Source: Spongospora subterranea f. sp. subterranea
Lineage: Eukaryota
Assembly: GCA_049724395.1 (NCBI GenBank)
Contig: JAUGWO010000073.1
Location: forward strand, 1 to 57,749
Direction of reading: 5' to 3'
DNA: 57,749 bases
Part shown: piece by piece, positions 28,676 to 43,008 of the stretch
How the letters are laid out: each line of letters begins with the position of its first letter
How positions within the stretch are numbered: the stretch's first letter is position 1
Notes under the pieces: model-generated
Database searches by the model: none
The model's input: only the letters and a program-made list of their open reading frames with translations
Told to the model about the DNA's origin: nothing
Position numbers and translations under genes: made by a program

Positions 28676-29824
28676 ATGAACGATGATGGACTCAGTCAAG
28701 AGAAAGATACGGCCGTGGACAATGCGGGAGCCGCGTTCGATGAACAAACGCCACTCGCCACCGATATGGCTGCGTTCCAGATCGAGCATCGACGAGGTAG
28801 TGCCCATCGCCATCCTCAGGATTCCGCGGCTGCGACTATGCTGACCCGGCTGACGTTCGGGTGCGGTGTCATCTCGATCCTGTTGATTTTCGTGGGATCG
28901 GTTGGAGACCAATCGGTGCTGCTATCGGAGGGCCTTCATTCATTAGCAGACACGTTCTGCTATTTGATCGCTTGGCTAATCGATAGGAAATCCCGAATGC
29001 AGCTGCCGAAACAAGTCAGTACGATCGTTCTCATGGCCGCCTCATCCATGGTCACCGTTTTGTCTGTATCAGGAATTTCCGTTTGGCATCAAGCGCCTCA
29101 CTGTTTTAGGAGGGTTCTTCAATGGATGCTTTCTCGCAACAAGCGTGTTGTTTATCAGCCTTGAGAATATCTCCCAACTCGTTGTCGGCTCCGATGATGA
29201 ACTAGATGACCGAACTGTCATTTTCTGGGCTATCACTGTTGGATGTATTGAGTTCTCATTCAATCTATGGGTGGGGTTAACGCATCTGCACGACAATCAT
29301 GGGCATAGTCATGCACACGGCCACTCTCACGATGATGCTAACGCTCAAGGTAATGTCGTTTTCCGAACCCACGTTTTCGTATCTAATTGATGTTTTCATA
29401 AGGGGCCTTGCTGCATTGCTTCACTGATTTGGCAACGTCCCTTGTCGTTGTCGTCACGTCGGCGTTGCGATTGGTATTGTCGAAGGAAGGATGGCGATTC
29501 ATGAATTTATTGGGCTGTGTCATCATATCTTCGGTAATGGCAATATCAGCCAGGAAACTGCTGAGGTCTTGCGGCATGATACTGCTACAAAGTACTCCAG
29601 ACAGTTTTCAGTTAGATTCGGTTTTGAATGGCATAGTGTCGATCGCCGGTGTCATTGACGTTCAACGGATAAGGGTCTGGCAACTGGACGACAAAGATAA
29701 TCTAATTGCAGATCTCCTAGTACACACTGATATCGAAATCAGGAAAACATCCGACATCGTTCAGGACATTCGCCAACTCCTTCGGCAAGAAGGGGTTGCC
29801 GATGCCACAATCGAATGCAGATAA
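28676..29824 (+). CDS. Cation diffusion facilitator (ZnT/Cot1-like) zinc transporter; 5' end uncertain
   Basis: SEGLHSLAD, His loop HDNHGHSHAHGHSHD, LHCFTD, LLQSTP, C-terminal ZT-dimer region; two introns. Confidence 0.85.
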
Positions 29825-29930
29825 AAAATACATATCCACAAACGCTTGCATAGACGGCTACAAGGGCTGAAAACGAATGAGGCGGAATTTAGCTATTATG
29901 GAGAAGGTAAATAAGGCGTGGGATCTGCAT

Positions 29931-30663
29931 TTAATCAGTTAAGAATGGCTTCACTTTCTCGTCGAACTCTTGCTGCGTAATCGCTCCTGTCTGCAGTAAT
30001 AAACGCAAATTGGAGAGCTGAATGTTCTTGATCTTGGCACTTTTATACGCCTGGTCCAGATGCAGATTCTGCTCGTGGCAATAATAGTACCGTCCCTGGA
30101 TCGACAACCAATTCTCAACTTGCTGGCTCATCTTCTCCAGCGACTTCGATATATCCGCGAGAACTGTCGCTTGCCTCGATGAACCCCGTTCTCTCTCTTC
30201 AGGAACAGGACCTTCAGCCTCACTATCGGTACTGTCGTGTTCATCGCTCGTCTTCCTGGGGTCGGAGCTGGTCAACAAGGATCGCAGCCGGACCTTCAAC
30301 GCCTTCTCGCCGAAAGGTTCTCGGCCGCCACACGAGTTCAGGAAATCTGCGTAGACCTAATGGCGAAAACAGTATTGAATGAGATCTGGCGAAAGCAATA
30401 CGAGGACTCGGTTTACCTTAGTCCACACCTTGTTCGGAACAAGTTGGGTCAGTTTCTTTTTGCCAGCACTAAACTCGGTGTAGTGCTTGCGGTAGATTGG
30501 TAGCAGCTGCTGCATGGTGTCATTGCTGATGACCACGCGAGGGGCGCTTAGAGCTCGGAGCATCGTGTTCCAGATCGTCTTGAGCGTCGTCCTCACTAGC
30601 GTTGTCGACCACCTGGCGTTGCTCCACATTGGCTGTAATTTGCGCGTCTCCTTCGGCGGCCAT
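29931..30663 (-). CDS. Hypothetical Myb/SANT-like protein with C-terminal SHOCT-like helix pair; 1-nt frameshift at ~30542
   Basis: LLPIYRKHY..KVWTKVYADFL..ALKVRLR and LRLLLQTGAITQQEFDEK; one intron. Confidence 0.5.
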
Positions 30664-31671
30664 GACGAGTGAAGCTAGCGCTGGCATTACCTCTGATTCG
30701 CGAATTTACTGATAAAATTTGGTTTGATTTGGAGCAAAAACGCAAATTCGCCATCAGTCATTTGCCGCACGGACTATTTTGACTGGCCATGAGTCACCGT
30801 AAACGTGATCTTCGCAGTTTTATCCGGCGACTCCCATGACGTCAGGAATGTTTGTTCGGCAAATCGCAACCTACCGTTGCCGAGTTTGGAATGCGACTGT
30901 ATCAATAACGGGGTTCTTTGACGACGGTGCTAGGTCGGGTTTCATCGGCTAATCGAGAGACATTACGATGATATCTATCACATTGAACAAGAGCCTATGT
31001 TATCTCACGATAGCCCTCTCAATCGCGAAATATCGAGGCGCCTGATTCATGTTGATGTTTTTCAATCGGTTGATGGATTCGACATTAGCACCAGATTTCG
31101 ATTTATTAGACTTAACCTGGCTAAACAATAAATTCAGTAGTATAATCAAATATCTGTTGGTTGAACCCGTTCAGCCGTATACGTTGCTGGTCATTACTCT
31201 GATACCGTTTGGCTTCGATGGCAAGGAAAACTTGAATGATCAAGAGCGTCCTACTGTAGCACCAACGACGGCTATCCACATCACTTGTTCAATTCCATAC
31301 TGATTGGAGAATTCAGTAGTCACCCAATGTTGGTGTTCTGGGACTCGAAAGGGTCTAATCAATGTTGCTAATGATGCTTGTACGATGTGGTGCATCAAAT
31401 TATCTCGCGAAACTGGATGTTGTCGATATAGACAATTTGTTGGCAAAACGGTTTCGTTAATGGGCTAATCTTCGATCTTTAATAACACTACTTACCAGGC
31501 ATCGAAAAGCCCCGTTTTTGGCAATTATCTCCCCGGCAAACTTGCCGGATACGAGAACAAACTTTATATCATCAAAAAATAATCTATGACATTCTAGAAT
31601 TATTTGATATTATATTTCATGATCATGTTATGCATACTTTGATACGTCAGCGAATTCCTAGCGCGGGGAAT

Positions 31672-33657
31672 ATGTCGGCCTGGTCACTTGGCGATAAGAA
31701 ATCAGCGATCAAAGGACGAGAGAGGGCGTTGAGCACGGAATCGTCGGTCCCTGACAGTACAGATTTGAATGACTATGAGAACGGGGACGAGGAGGATCCC
31801 GCTCATGGACCTGCCGATTACAACATGAAGGTGCTGGCCGAACTGTCGATCGGGGATCAGGCCGAAGTGGTGAACCCCTTTGAGCCCGCTCATGTCCCCC
31901 TCAATCATCGCTCGCAATCGTGGGTCCGCCGAATCGCCACGAAGCCATGGGCGGTCGTGCTGGCCACGTTCACGGCGCTGTCGATCGTCTTCTATTTCGC
32001 GTTTCCCAATACGATTGTGCTGAGTAATCCCCTTTGGGTCTTGACCTTTGACTTCGCGATCAAGGTCCTGGCGGCGATCTTGTCGGCATTCCTGGAACGC
32101 GCCATAATCCGTATCCTCAAGATGATCATCACCGATTGGATTCGACCTCCTTGTCTACAGCGATTACGGTATTCAATATTCAGTAAGACACGATTGCCCC
32201 TTCGCCTGCTTTAGTAAGCTGATCCTGCGTCTAGTCCTGTTTTTACAGATCTCGTGGCCCTTAATCTTATCCGTATCGACAGAAAAGGTGCAGTTCTACA
32301 TTAACACGATATTGCTCAGCCTTCAGTTGTTCAACACGTTCTGGATCGTCAAAGAGCTTTTGTTTGATACCATCTCAGCTCGACGGAACCAAGACCTGTT
32401 CTCTCATCGGATCGCCATGTTGTATTATCATGGACGAATACTGCAGCGCCTCTGTTGTCGTACGAGCACAGAATTGTCTGCCGAGTCATCGCGCGAAGTC
32501 CACAACAAGTTTCTCTATCAGAAGCGGAGTCTGCTGTCGCCATTCCTTCTCCCGTTGCGGGAAGATAGCTCGGGCGGCGTTGTGTTCACGGCCAATATCA
32601 ACGGCGGCACCGTGTTTGTGTCGAGTGTCGTCCAACCGGACCTGACCAGATATATGTTCAATAACCTTCAGCCTCCCGATATGGAGGGCACCACATTCGA
32701 TGGATGGGTGAAGTTCTTCCCCGACCGACCTCGTGCACAATATGTGTATAAAGAGTTCTTCGGTGAGTCCCCCAAACCTCATCAATCCATCACCTTTCGA
32801 CAGTTTCGCATCTCGGTGGATCGATTCGTCCAGCGTCGTCAGCGACTAACATCTTGGATGGAAACGCGTGACAACTTGACGGATTTGATTCACCGCATCG
32901 TCTCCGGTGTGTATTCCCTCATCATGGTGTTCGTGACCGCCTCCTTGTTCGGGCTCAACCTCACCGTCGTATTGTCCACATTAACCTCGTTGATGTTATC
33001 GGTGGCGTTCGCCATCGGCTCAACCATATCGAAAATGACCGAAAGCATTATCTACATCTTTGTTTACAAGGTCAGGAATGATCTAGCGTTGACAGGCGTT
33101 GAGTTTGACTAAATGTTTTGGTGCTAAAGCCATTCGATGTCGGTGACCGAGTCGAGATAGAAGGCGATCAGTTCATCATACACCGGATCAACCTATTGAC
33201 GACGATGATGTACAACACCGAAAACCGTCTGTGCATTGTGGCGAATCAGTTACTGGCGTCCAAGAAGTTATACAACCTGAGAAAGAGCGAAACCGCAACA
33301 GTCGTGATCAAATTTCAGGTTTGAAATCGCGCTTTGTTTAGCAAACTGAATGTTTAGGCAGGACGGCTGTAGATTCCCGATGGTATGGATAAAAACATTG
33401 CTGGCTTGCAGAGAAGTATTGCGAACTTCTTTAAAGCTAACGATGATGTGTGGTTTCCAATATTTTCCCTATACGCCACCGACATCGCTGGGCCGAACTC
33501 CATGGCGTTGACAGCGAAAATACGGAGTGGATGGCAAGACCTAGAACTGTCGTCGCGAACCCGTTCGAAGCTAATTGAATTTATTCGCCTAACTTTGCGC
33601 AACGAGTTGCCTCATGAAGATATAGAGAAGTTGATCCAGGGTGACACATCAATCTAA
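31672..33657 (+). CDS. MscS-like mechanosensitive ion channel
   Basis: TM helices, SVAFAIGSTISKMTESIIYIFV.KPFDVGDRVEI, INLLTT, N..LA.K.LYN.RKS. Confidence 0.9.
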
Positions 33658-33666
33658 ACCCGAAAA

Positions 33667-35726
33667 TCACCCTTGTTGTTGTAAGACATTGTTTGCCGGT
33701 GATAACTCTCTCCTTTGAAAAAATACGAATTTTTTCTGGTTAGGTAATAAATCAAGACCTTGCCACTTCATCGTGCAATTATTGAACGCTCGAGCTCCTT
33801 CTGGGATTCGCATATGCGAAAGTATGGAGGATGACATTGTTGGGATCACAGGTTGCAATAAAATCGCTACGATTCGGCAGCAATTAATGGCAACCACAAT
33901 CGTTTCTTCGGAGTTGGTGGCTGTAGCTTGCCAGGGAGATCGGCTCGTAAACCTAGAAGGAGTAAGAAACATCGAGGGCATTTTGGAGGATGGACTCTGG
34001 ACACACCATTGATTGACGAGGGCGACGAAGTCACTAATCTCTTTGAGTCCAACGCTGAATTTAGCTTTGGCAAAATTAGACTGAACTCTGCCTGCCAGAG
34101 ACTCAAGTTCGGTGAAGCAAACATGGCTCGGATCCACATTATTGAGAATCTCGTTCAGTCGATTTTGATTCTATAATACGATTAGAAGTACGACTATGAT
34201 ATGCTGGATATTCAGCATACCAATTCTCGTCTTAGAAGACCAATGGCACGGGAATATAGATTTCCAAACTGATCGGCCAGAAAATGATTGACACAAACCA
34301 AAGCATCATCAAGGGAAAAGTTCGCATCGTAGTCGATTGATGAATGGCTCAATAGAAAGAACCGCAAGGGATCAGGGCCTCCTAAAGTGGAGGCTGCTAA
34401 AAAGGTGGGGCAGACGACGTTTCCAACCGATTTCGACATTTTTCCTCCGTTGACTGCGTGATATACCGGTAAGAGGGTACAAAGGCGATAACAAAAAATG
34501 GTGGCATCACCTGTCCAATGAGCATGTACCGTAATATTAGAAGGCAATTGTAAGCCAGCCGCCATCAGAAACGCTCTGTAACCAGAAGTTGATGGAACAC
34601 GGTGACAGATAACCGGAATATCTTACGGCCAATATATTGCATGAAATCGAATGATGTCTTTGCCAATAACTTGGGTTGTTGGAGGCCACATGTGTGTCTG
34701 ATCCGGATAACCAGAGGTTGTGAGGTAGTTGGTAAGAGCGTCAAGCCATACATAAATCTACCAGATTTATCAAAAAAGGGCTCGACGACTGGACGAAGTA
34801 TATGAAGTTACATTATGGGTGGGATCATTAGGAACAGGTATACCCCATGCTGCACGAGATGACAATCGCGATACGCTCAAATCCTGACCATGATCAACAG
34901 CAAACTGGGAAGCAATTTTGTTCATTCTCTTACCTGGAGTCCCTGATCTAGGAACTGCAACAGTTCCGTTTTATATTTGACTGGGTATATCGGACAAGGG
35001 TCTTGTTGAAGCCAGGTGCGAAGTCGATTAGCAAACAAAGACAACTTGAACTTGTAATTCGGTTCTGAAAGCCACTCTACCGACGCACCAGAATCGCGAG
35101 TAACAGGACCATTTGGTCCATCGACTACCTGGTTGGGAGCTAGAAAGCATTCATCTGATCTTCCAAAACCGTTTTGGCACTTCATAAAGCACATGAAATT
35201 CAAGTGGTACCTGCAGTACCATCCTTCGTGATAACCGAGATAGATGTAATTATTGTCAATCAGGGTGTTCCATATGTGCTCCACAGCGTTGCGATGCTTC
35301 GCCGATGTCGTCCTATCGACAATGATATCACAAAAATGCGAAAGAAAGCAACATCTTCTCTTACCTCACAAAATCATTCGCTTCAACGTTAATGTCTTTG
35401 AAAGTTTTCTCAAATGCTGATGAGACGCTATCACAGAAATTAACGGGGTCCAAATTAGCTTTTCTTGCAGCATCAAGCACTTTATTTCCGTGTTCATCAG
35501 TTCCGGTTGACAAATGAACTTGAGCGGTCCCCGACAATTTTTGATACCTGGCCAAGCTGTCCGCTAGTACAGCTGAATACACATGTCCGATATGCGGTTT
35601 GGCATTGACATAGAAGATTGGAGTGGTGATCAGCGCGTGCTCCTGAGTGGATAATAGCCGGTTTACTCCCTTGAATAATGGTCGACAATACCTCGAACAA
35701 CGATTATACAGTAATGGCGTAACCAT
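33667..35726 (-). CDS. Methionyl-tRNA synthetase, mitochondrial/bacterial type
   Basis: [41 protein letters not shown]-terminal targeting-like extension. Confidence 0.95.
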
Positions 35727-37699
35727 ATTACAATGCTGTTGTTATCGACTGCACTGGTGTAGGAGGTTACCCCACATGGCCTTAGCGCAGCCTGTATTGT
35801 GGGACCACGCAGTTTCTTCCTTCGCGTGTCGAATCCTGCTTCCGTTCCCTTGTTCGTCCTTGCTTTTCTTTTGTGATTCAGATTCGCGGCACTTCGCAAC
35901 TAGTTTACTCCTCTTGTTTCGTTAAAACACTCCTACTGTACTACTGTTAATTCTATCTGAGAGAAGTAAGGAGTACCAAATTCAAGCCATTATTTGCGTT
36001 CGCAGTTTACATTAAATGCGCACGCACTTTTGGAAAAGAGCTGAGATGTTGGTGAGTTGAGATGGGCGGTACTGTACCGTTTTTTGGAACAGGAACAAAA
36101 TGCTTTGAAGTAATACCGTACACTACGCACCCATTTAGGTACACTACGCAGATTTTAGGTGTACACTCTCAACTTTTTAAGAAGGAACTGTACACATTGC
36201 GAACTTCACTGTGCCAGTGTGCGGAACCGATTTCCTGTATTGACGACAACACTGTACCCACAGCACAGCAGCTCTTGAACCACAGATGGCGTAACACTGT
36301 TTTACCTCCCCCCAGACATCAATCTTCCTGTGCTTCAGTGATCCCAGTATATATCGTGATATTCCACTCTATGGAATCAGAGATGAATTCTAACCCTGGG
36401 AATTATGATTGAGTATTCCGACACGTGTGGCTATCCAAAAAGGTCACCAATACACAATACTCAGATTTCAGTGCAGCATTGATAAACTACGTCCTACACG
36501 TAACCTCATGTGCCCAAGTCCCAGCAAAATGCTCAGAGATGAGCAAATATCTTACACGTGAGGGAGCTAAGCACCCTCGGCGATGAGGTTGATTTAAGCG
36601 ACGTTCCAAAAATGTGCTCTCAAGCGGAGAGTCTAATATGATTTGCTAAGGGTGTTCAGACGGCATCTTACAGCTTCGAGCGGCTCCTAGCACACTATGC
36701 ACGCGAATGTGCTCGCTGATTGGTCGTGGAATGAGACTCTCATATCACGGTTGTAATGTGATATCTAGAGTCCTTCGATTAGTCTGGCAAAACGCACATC
36801 AGAAGTGCATAATCTTTGCGATCAAAAAGCATATGTGAAGGCTATTGCCAATACCCCAGCGATGGGAGATGACGTGTCACCCGATGTGTCATCCGATTTG
36901 CCTTGATCGAATCTTTTTATTTCATTGACGCCCAATGCTAATGTCGCAGTTCTGGCATTGTGATACCGCTGCATTACGATTACCATGACAGATAATTGTA
37001 TTCAAGAGTAGGCAATCTAGGACGAACCTGCAATGCGCCTACCATCGCTCGTTTCGGACGATAAAGGGATATTTCCACGGGTGAAGGTTCAGGGAACCAG
37101 CGACAGATTATCAACCAGCCGAGGGGCCTGAAACAATCGCTTATGCGAAGTTTCCACAAGAATACTGTTCGATGGCTACAGACAGAGCATTCAGAAGCGC
37201 AACACGTTTTGACTTCATCAACCAGTACAGTAATACATTCAGCAAGTTTATTACAACACCGCCAATCCAAATCAGTGAATGGTCAAAACGCAGCCAAAGC
37301 ATTTACTTCCCGGTCCTGGGTCCTTCCAGTAGAAGCGTGCGGCGCGAGACTCGGGCTGGTCCCATTGCCCTCAACTCGACAAGACGTGGCGACGGCCAGT
37401 TATGCCGCCCGTCTCGTAGGGCACTGCCGAGGGTGATGGGCCACCCGTCGCCACTTGTTCTATTCTCGGGATTAGTCGGTCGGTCGGTCCGCAATGTTTC
37501 CAACTATAGGGTTTGGCCCTGGTTGGAGAGATCCGCATGACGCACACGGCCTTGTTTCAGAGACGGACTCCATTTATGGCTTTGCCGCAGAATTATAAGC
37601 AATTCTGCGTGGTGGAGGGGTGGATCCAGCCAACCATCGGATTGCTGCACAGTGAACATAACCGCCTGATCATTTCAAGACCTGTTTGCTGCAAGGGCG

Positions 37700-38161
37700 A
37701 TGGTTGCTGATATATTCTATGGCGCCGTCCTGCTCGTTTCGCTCGTGGCATTCGCCGCGTGCTCCATCCAGTTTTCCATTCGCGCCCTACACAGGAGCCT
37801 CGGCGATGGCCGGCCGACCCTCCTCACATGGCTGTCGTCGCTGAGAATTCTCGACGACGTCAGCGCCAACTCCTTTAAATATGTTCCCAAGATTGAGAAC
37901 CAGCAGAAGATTTCACCGCAGAGCCCCAGTAATTATGAATTCGAGGATGGCGAGTATACAGCCGAAGAACAACTGTGGCTGGCAGAATTTGGATGGTCCG
38001 ACGATGTGTTAAATATGGAGCCGCTGTCAGAAGAGGAGATCAAACCTACTGAAGAATTGGAGAATTTTCGGAAAAACCGATCCCAATCTACTTCTAGGAC
38101 CGTCCTTCTGGAGCAGATGAACCAAGCTTTGCAAGCGTCGGTGACGTGCTGTACAAAATAG
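37700..38161 (+). CDS. Hypothetical protein with N-terminal hydrophobic segment
   Basis: 153-aa ATG ORF; acidic EEQLWLAEFGW..PLSEEEI segment. Confidence 0.5.
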   Translation: MVADIFYGAVLLVSLVAFAACSIQFSIRALHRSLGDGRPTLLTWLSSLRILDDVSANSFKYVPKIENQQKISPQSPSNYEFEDGEYTAEEQLWLAEFGWSDDVLNMEPLSEEEIKPTEELENFRKNRSQSTSRTVLLEQMNQALQASVTCCTK

Positions 38162-38412
38162 TTTTAATCAATATACTTCATTAACATCTTTCCGAACGCA
38201 TTTGTATCTGGGGAAGGTTTCGTGTGTGATATCATCATCCACACCCTGTTCGTCCGGCGAGCGATTATATCTTCATCGTGAATCGCCTCGTCAATCTGAT
38301 GGCACACGAACACGAATCGGGACCGGGCTTGTGCTGTGCACGCGTTATCGTTCAACGCGTTTCGTGAAAAAATATCGGGTCGTATCAGTCCGTTTCTAAT
38401 GGCAAATGAAAT

Positions 38413-40872
38413 CTACTTTATTGATCCCTCGAGCAAACGATCCTTTTCCTGATTGGCGTTGATGGTTCCCCAGTCGATTTTAACCATGCCTTTCAACGCG
38501 GTGAACTCGGGAAGCGTCTCCTGCTGTTTGAATCGTTCCAGATATCGCTGACGATGCCCCAATACGGTGTCGATATGAGTGGAATATTTCTGGGCCAGTT
38601 CGAGCGCCCTGCGCCAATTGCACAGTCTGAGACTCAGCTCGATCGCCCTATAAACGAGATTATTGCTCAACAGGATTTGTTCGGCTTCCCCGCGTCGTTT
38701 TCGAAACAGAGCTAGTTCGGCGTCTCGTGCAGCTTTTACCGGCAGCGCCTTGATCGCCTGAATATGGTGCAGCTTATCGACGGAATCGATGGCGGCCAGG
38801 CACTGTTCTGCGGTGGCCAATTCTCGACCGTGAATGGCCATTGCCCCCAGACAGGACCAGACGACTCCCTCGTTGACGAACCGGGCTAGAGCGGTGGCTG
38901 CCGCCCATTGCCCTTGGCTCGCGTAGGAGAAGAGCAATGCTGGATACGGCAGGACGTTGACGACAACCAACGCCCCATCTTGTCGTCGCACGATGCACTG
39001 GTTTCCAGTGAATTCGGCCACGTCGGCATTGCGACCGAACCCCTCATCGAAGACCTCGGTAGTGTGTTCCAATAATGTTTTGTCGACAAACACCACATTC
39101 GGGTAATACCAGATCCGAAGCTGGGTGTCGACCATGGCTGCAAGCGCATCCGTATCGCTGTGCCACAACGCTGATTTGGCCAATGTGGCAATCTTGACCG
39201 GTTTCTGCCCGCCGTGGACCATACTCAACCACAGATCGCCGATCGTGTCGATCCAGACGATCTTGCGATCAGACGTCAGCCCTTGCTGGGATAACGCGAT
39301 CCTCACGACCTGTTCTGGACAGGAAATCGGCTTGCCTAACGGGGCGCCGCTCATGATGTCGAGAAAAAGCAACGATTTCGAGCCTTTGCTGCGATCGATC
39401 AGCGCCAGAGTGTCGGACGATATGGCAATATTCATGGATTTGAGGAATTCAGTTTGCAATCCGGGGACCCTGATATTGCATAACTCTCGTCCTTCATACG
39501 AATACACACGCAGGCCAATGACGCCGTTTCCAGCGACGACGAAGAACTTCTCGTTCAGAAGAATGAGGTGCACTGTTCCGCCGTCCTTGATGTCGAATAT
39601 GTTCGGTGTGGAGAACGTCAAGACATTGTAAGAATATAGCTGCTTGGACGTAGCAATTACCCTGCGACATCATATACAGGAAATAATTTGGATGTGCTCG
39701 CCCGAAAAACACGCAAGCACAACTTACAAATGGCCATACCCAATGGCAAATTCGATGACCCGGTTCCCAAAATCCAACGTTTCGAACGCCTTCCCTCCGA
39801 GATCGATAAGGATATTGGTGACGATGATTTGATTCTGGTCGTTGAGAGTCGCTTCCAGCTGCTTCCAGCGGACCATGCGATTGACAACTTGCCCGAAAAG
39901 CACGACGCCATTGACGCAAGCGCCAGCGAGATGTGTACCGTCCAATGTCCAGCTCAAGGACAATATCGACCCGGTCGACGTCGAATCGCGCGAGTACACC
40001 CATCCGGATTGGTCGCATAGCAATAACGTATCCAGAGCGCCAACCGCGAACATTGTCCCGTTTGGCGCCCATCGTACAGATGTGATGGGCGATTCTAAAG
40101 GCTTGGAGACGAATAATGCCTGACCATGAGCATTGAATATGCAATAGCGGCAAAATTCGCCACCGCACACGATGAGGTCGTTGATGGCCGACCAATCAAC
40201 GGTTAAGATCAAACCAGCGTTGGTTCGCCACCGGATCTGTTTCTCGTCGACACGCATGGGCTTGATGACCAGATTATTGCCACTGGCGTAGAGTATCGCC
40301 TGTCCATCCAACCACATTCTCAGCAATTTTCGGCCGAGTTCTGGCAAACTCAGGCGACCTGATTATCTGGGGACCAGGCCGCCGTATATATTGCAGTATC
40401 GCACGACACCAGTTTACATCGTAGATTACCCGATCGGGACCATTGGTAGATCTTTCCGTCTTCGCCCGCTGTGATCACTGTCGAACCGTCCGAACTCCAT
40501 CGAATACAGGTGATAGATCCTTGATGCTGTTTCGGTGCTGTCACCTCGACTTTCCCTGTAGCTATCGACGCGATCAGGAACTGACCGTTTGATTGCGCCA
40601 GCGCCATCATTTGTCCTGACTGAACCTGACCATGGGTTTAGCGCGTCGTTTTGATTTTGCAGAATCAACGACGGGAAAACCTGGCAATGTATGTCGGTCA
40701 CGAACGGATCTAATTTAGATATCACTTCATTGACAAAGGCCCCGTCGATACTCCATCGCAATATCCGACGGTCGTCGGATACCGACAGAAGCTCATTCGA
40801 CGCCGTCCAGTCGGCGCTTACCACCATGTCCTCATGCTTATTGCGTTCGAGCTGCTGCAGTTTCAGCTTCAT
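38413..40872 (-). CDS. IFT80: Intraflagellar transport protein 80
   Basis: MKLKL..KHEDMVVSADW, WD40 repeats (TAGEDG, W.PNG..FAVG), IWYYPNVVFVDK.LL, C-terminal NWRRALELA..THIDTVL..RQ.YL. Confidence 0.95.
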
Positions 40873-41772
40873 TCCGTGTAGTACAAAAAAAATCGGGGCA
40901 CAGGGCCCTTTCGAACAGAATAATCCGAGTGTCGAGCGGCAATGCAGTTCGTGTATTGTGTCGTTGGGTGTGATCACTGTGACCGTCGGGTCGGTAACAC
41001 ACATTTCCCCCACTGGGTTTCTCTGATAAAACACTTAAAACATCGACCGTTAGCCATCGTGTTCTCTATGGACTGGACGCTGGCGTCATATGGATCGCCG
41101 GATTGATGATCGACGAAGGTGAAAACGACGTCATTCCTGCCCTAATCAGACTGGCTCGATCAGCGAGAAACAGGAAATGCTGTGGGAGAGCGTTCAACCG
41201 GCTAACCTGAGTTATGACCATCGTTGGACTATTGCTGAATATACGATGTGCAAGGCCTGAGCTGATAATTTCGTATATCTGGGAGGACGACGCTAAACCG
41301 ATACTCTGTGGAGCCGATTGCTCGAACAATCAATTTACGACAAAATATACAGACTACACTCTTGAAGAGTTTAGACAGCACAAGTGTTTTGGCGAATCAC
41401 ATGAAATAGCACAGTTTCTCGATTATTGATAATTGGCACAGATATCGTGCCCTTGATTATATTCATACGATCAAAGGTTTCACAAATTGGCGGTATGTTC
41501 GACGATTGTTTTGACCACAGCTGGCCCGGAATTCAACCCTTCACTGGATTGGCCGTCTTTCTATTCTCGTTTAGTAACTGGTTTTCCTTGTCGGCGACGA
41601 TGTGACCTCAGGTTCGACCGGCAAACGGTCGCCCATAAGTGTGGCGATCCGCTGATACTGTACGATACATTGGAGCCAACGAAAAGAAATAACATCAGAA
41701 AGTGAAAGTTTATTGGGGCGTAAGGCGGCATAGAACCCAGTTTGGTTGATTGGAAAATACTCCCGAAGGGCG

Positions 41773-42478
41773 CCCCCCCCCCCAGCCGTCACCCCTCCCG
41801 CACGCGACTCGATGCACAACGAAGATTGGAAACCAGGTTCAACTCCTCAGCAACCGTGTGTTCCCATTGATCGTCCAGTTCTTCACACCCTCGCCATTCC
41901 ACTAGCAGTTGCCGGTTACCATTTTTGAGGCGGCTTCCAGAACCGCTTCAATCTCAGATCGGGCACCATCATGGGCAACCTGCAACCGCAACTCTGGGTC
42001 ATCCAAAGGGAAGAATCAGCATAGAACCGCAGACGATAGGCACGAATTTCACTTACTGAATCAGTTACGAAACTTTTGACGCTGAATATGTGGTCAAACA
42101 GCGTTTCAACAATTTGTTGTGGCCCGGTCCACCAAACCTTCGAACCCGTATAAGGTTGCGTGTTCGAAACTACAACAAAATCCCCTCTGCTAAAATTGAA
42201 AAGTCTGTTGTTTTGACGCCTGTTCATTTGATCCCCCTCCTTGAATTTGTTTTAGTTTCAACCTTCTTGAGCAATTGTTAGCATCACCTTCTGTAGCTTT
42301 TTGAAAATCCTGATGCTGCACCGCAACCTAGAAGGGGACTACCATCAGGAACCGTACCCTGATAATTCGGTCAGTTGGTTACTGGGAATCTTGGGCGCAG
42401 TTCATGCCTAAGATTTTGGATCAACGACACTTGGCGGATTTCGATTTGTAGCCGGAATATGCAGGGCGAGTTTAAAAC
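41773..42478 (-). mobile_element. Ty3/Gypsy (chromovirus-type) integrase C-terminus/chromodomain remnant with polypurine tract
   Basis: FSRGDFVVV..WTGPQQIVE..RLRFYADSSL; degenerate chromodomain (EIEAVL..EWRG..W); G11 tract on minus strand at 41773-41783. Confidence 0.75.
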
Positions 42479-42480
42479 TC

Positions 42481-43008
42481 ATGTGTGGTCCAGAAGTTGT
42501 ACAAGCTGGGTAGGAGTGTGTAAAGTGGGTAGAGAGTGTGGTCCAGAGATTGTACAAGCTGGGTAGGGGTGGGTAAAGTGGGTAGAGAGTGTATACAGTG
42601 GGTAGAGAGTGTGGGTCAGAGAGCGTATAAAGTGGGTAGGCGTGTGGGTAAGGTGGGTAGAGATTGTATATAGTGGGTAGATTGTATACAGTGGAGTAAA
42701 GTGGGTAGGCTGTGGTGGGTAGAGAGTATGGTCCAGAGAGCGAGTAAAGTGGGTAGGCTGTGGTGGGTAGAGAGTATGGTCCAGAGAGCGAGTAAAGTGG
42801 GTAGGCTGTGGTGGGTAGAGAGTATGGTCCAGAGAGCGAGTAAAGTGGGTAGGCTGTGGTGGGTAGAGAGTATGGTCCAGAGAGCGAGTAAAGTGGGTAG
42901 GCTGTGGTGGGTAGAGAGTATGGTCCAGAGAGCGAGTAAAGTGGGTAGGCTGTGGTGGGTAGAGAGTATGGTCCAGAGAGCGAGTAAAGTGGGTAGGCTG
43001 TGGTGGGT
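42481..43008. repeat. G-rich minisatellite: 6.5 identical 48-bp units (42696-43008) preceded by degenerate units
   Basis: Unit gtaaagtgggtaggctgtggtgggtagagagtatggtccagagagcga. Confidence 0.95.
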
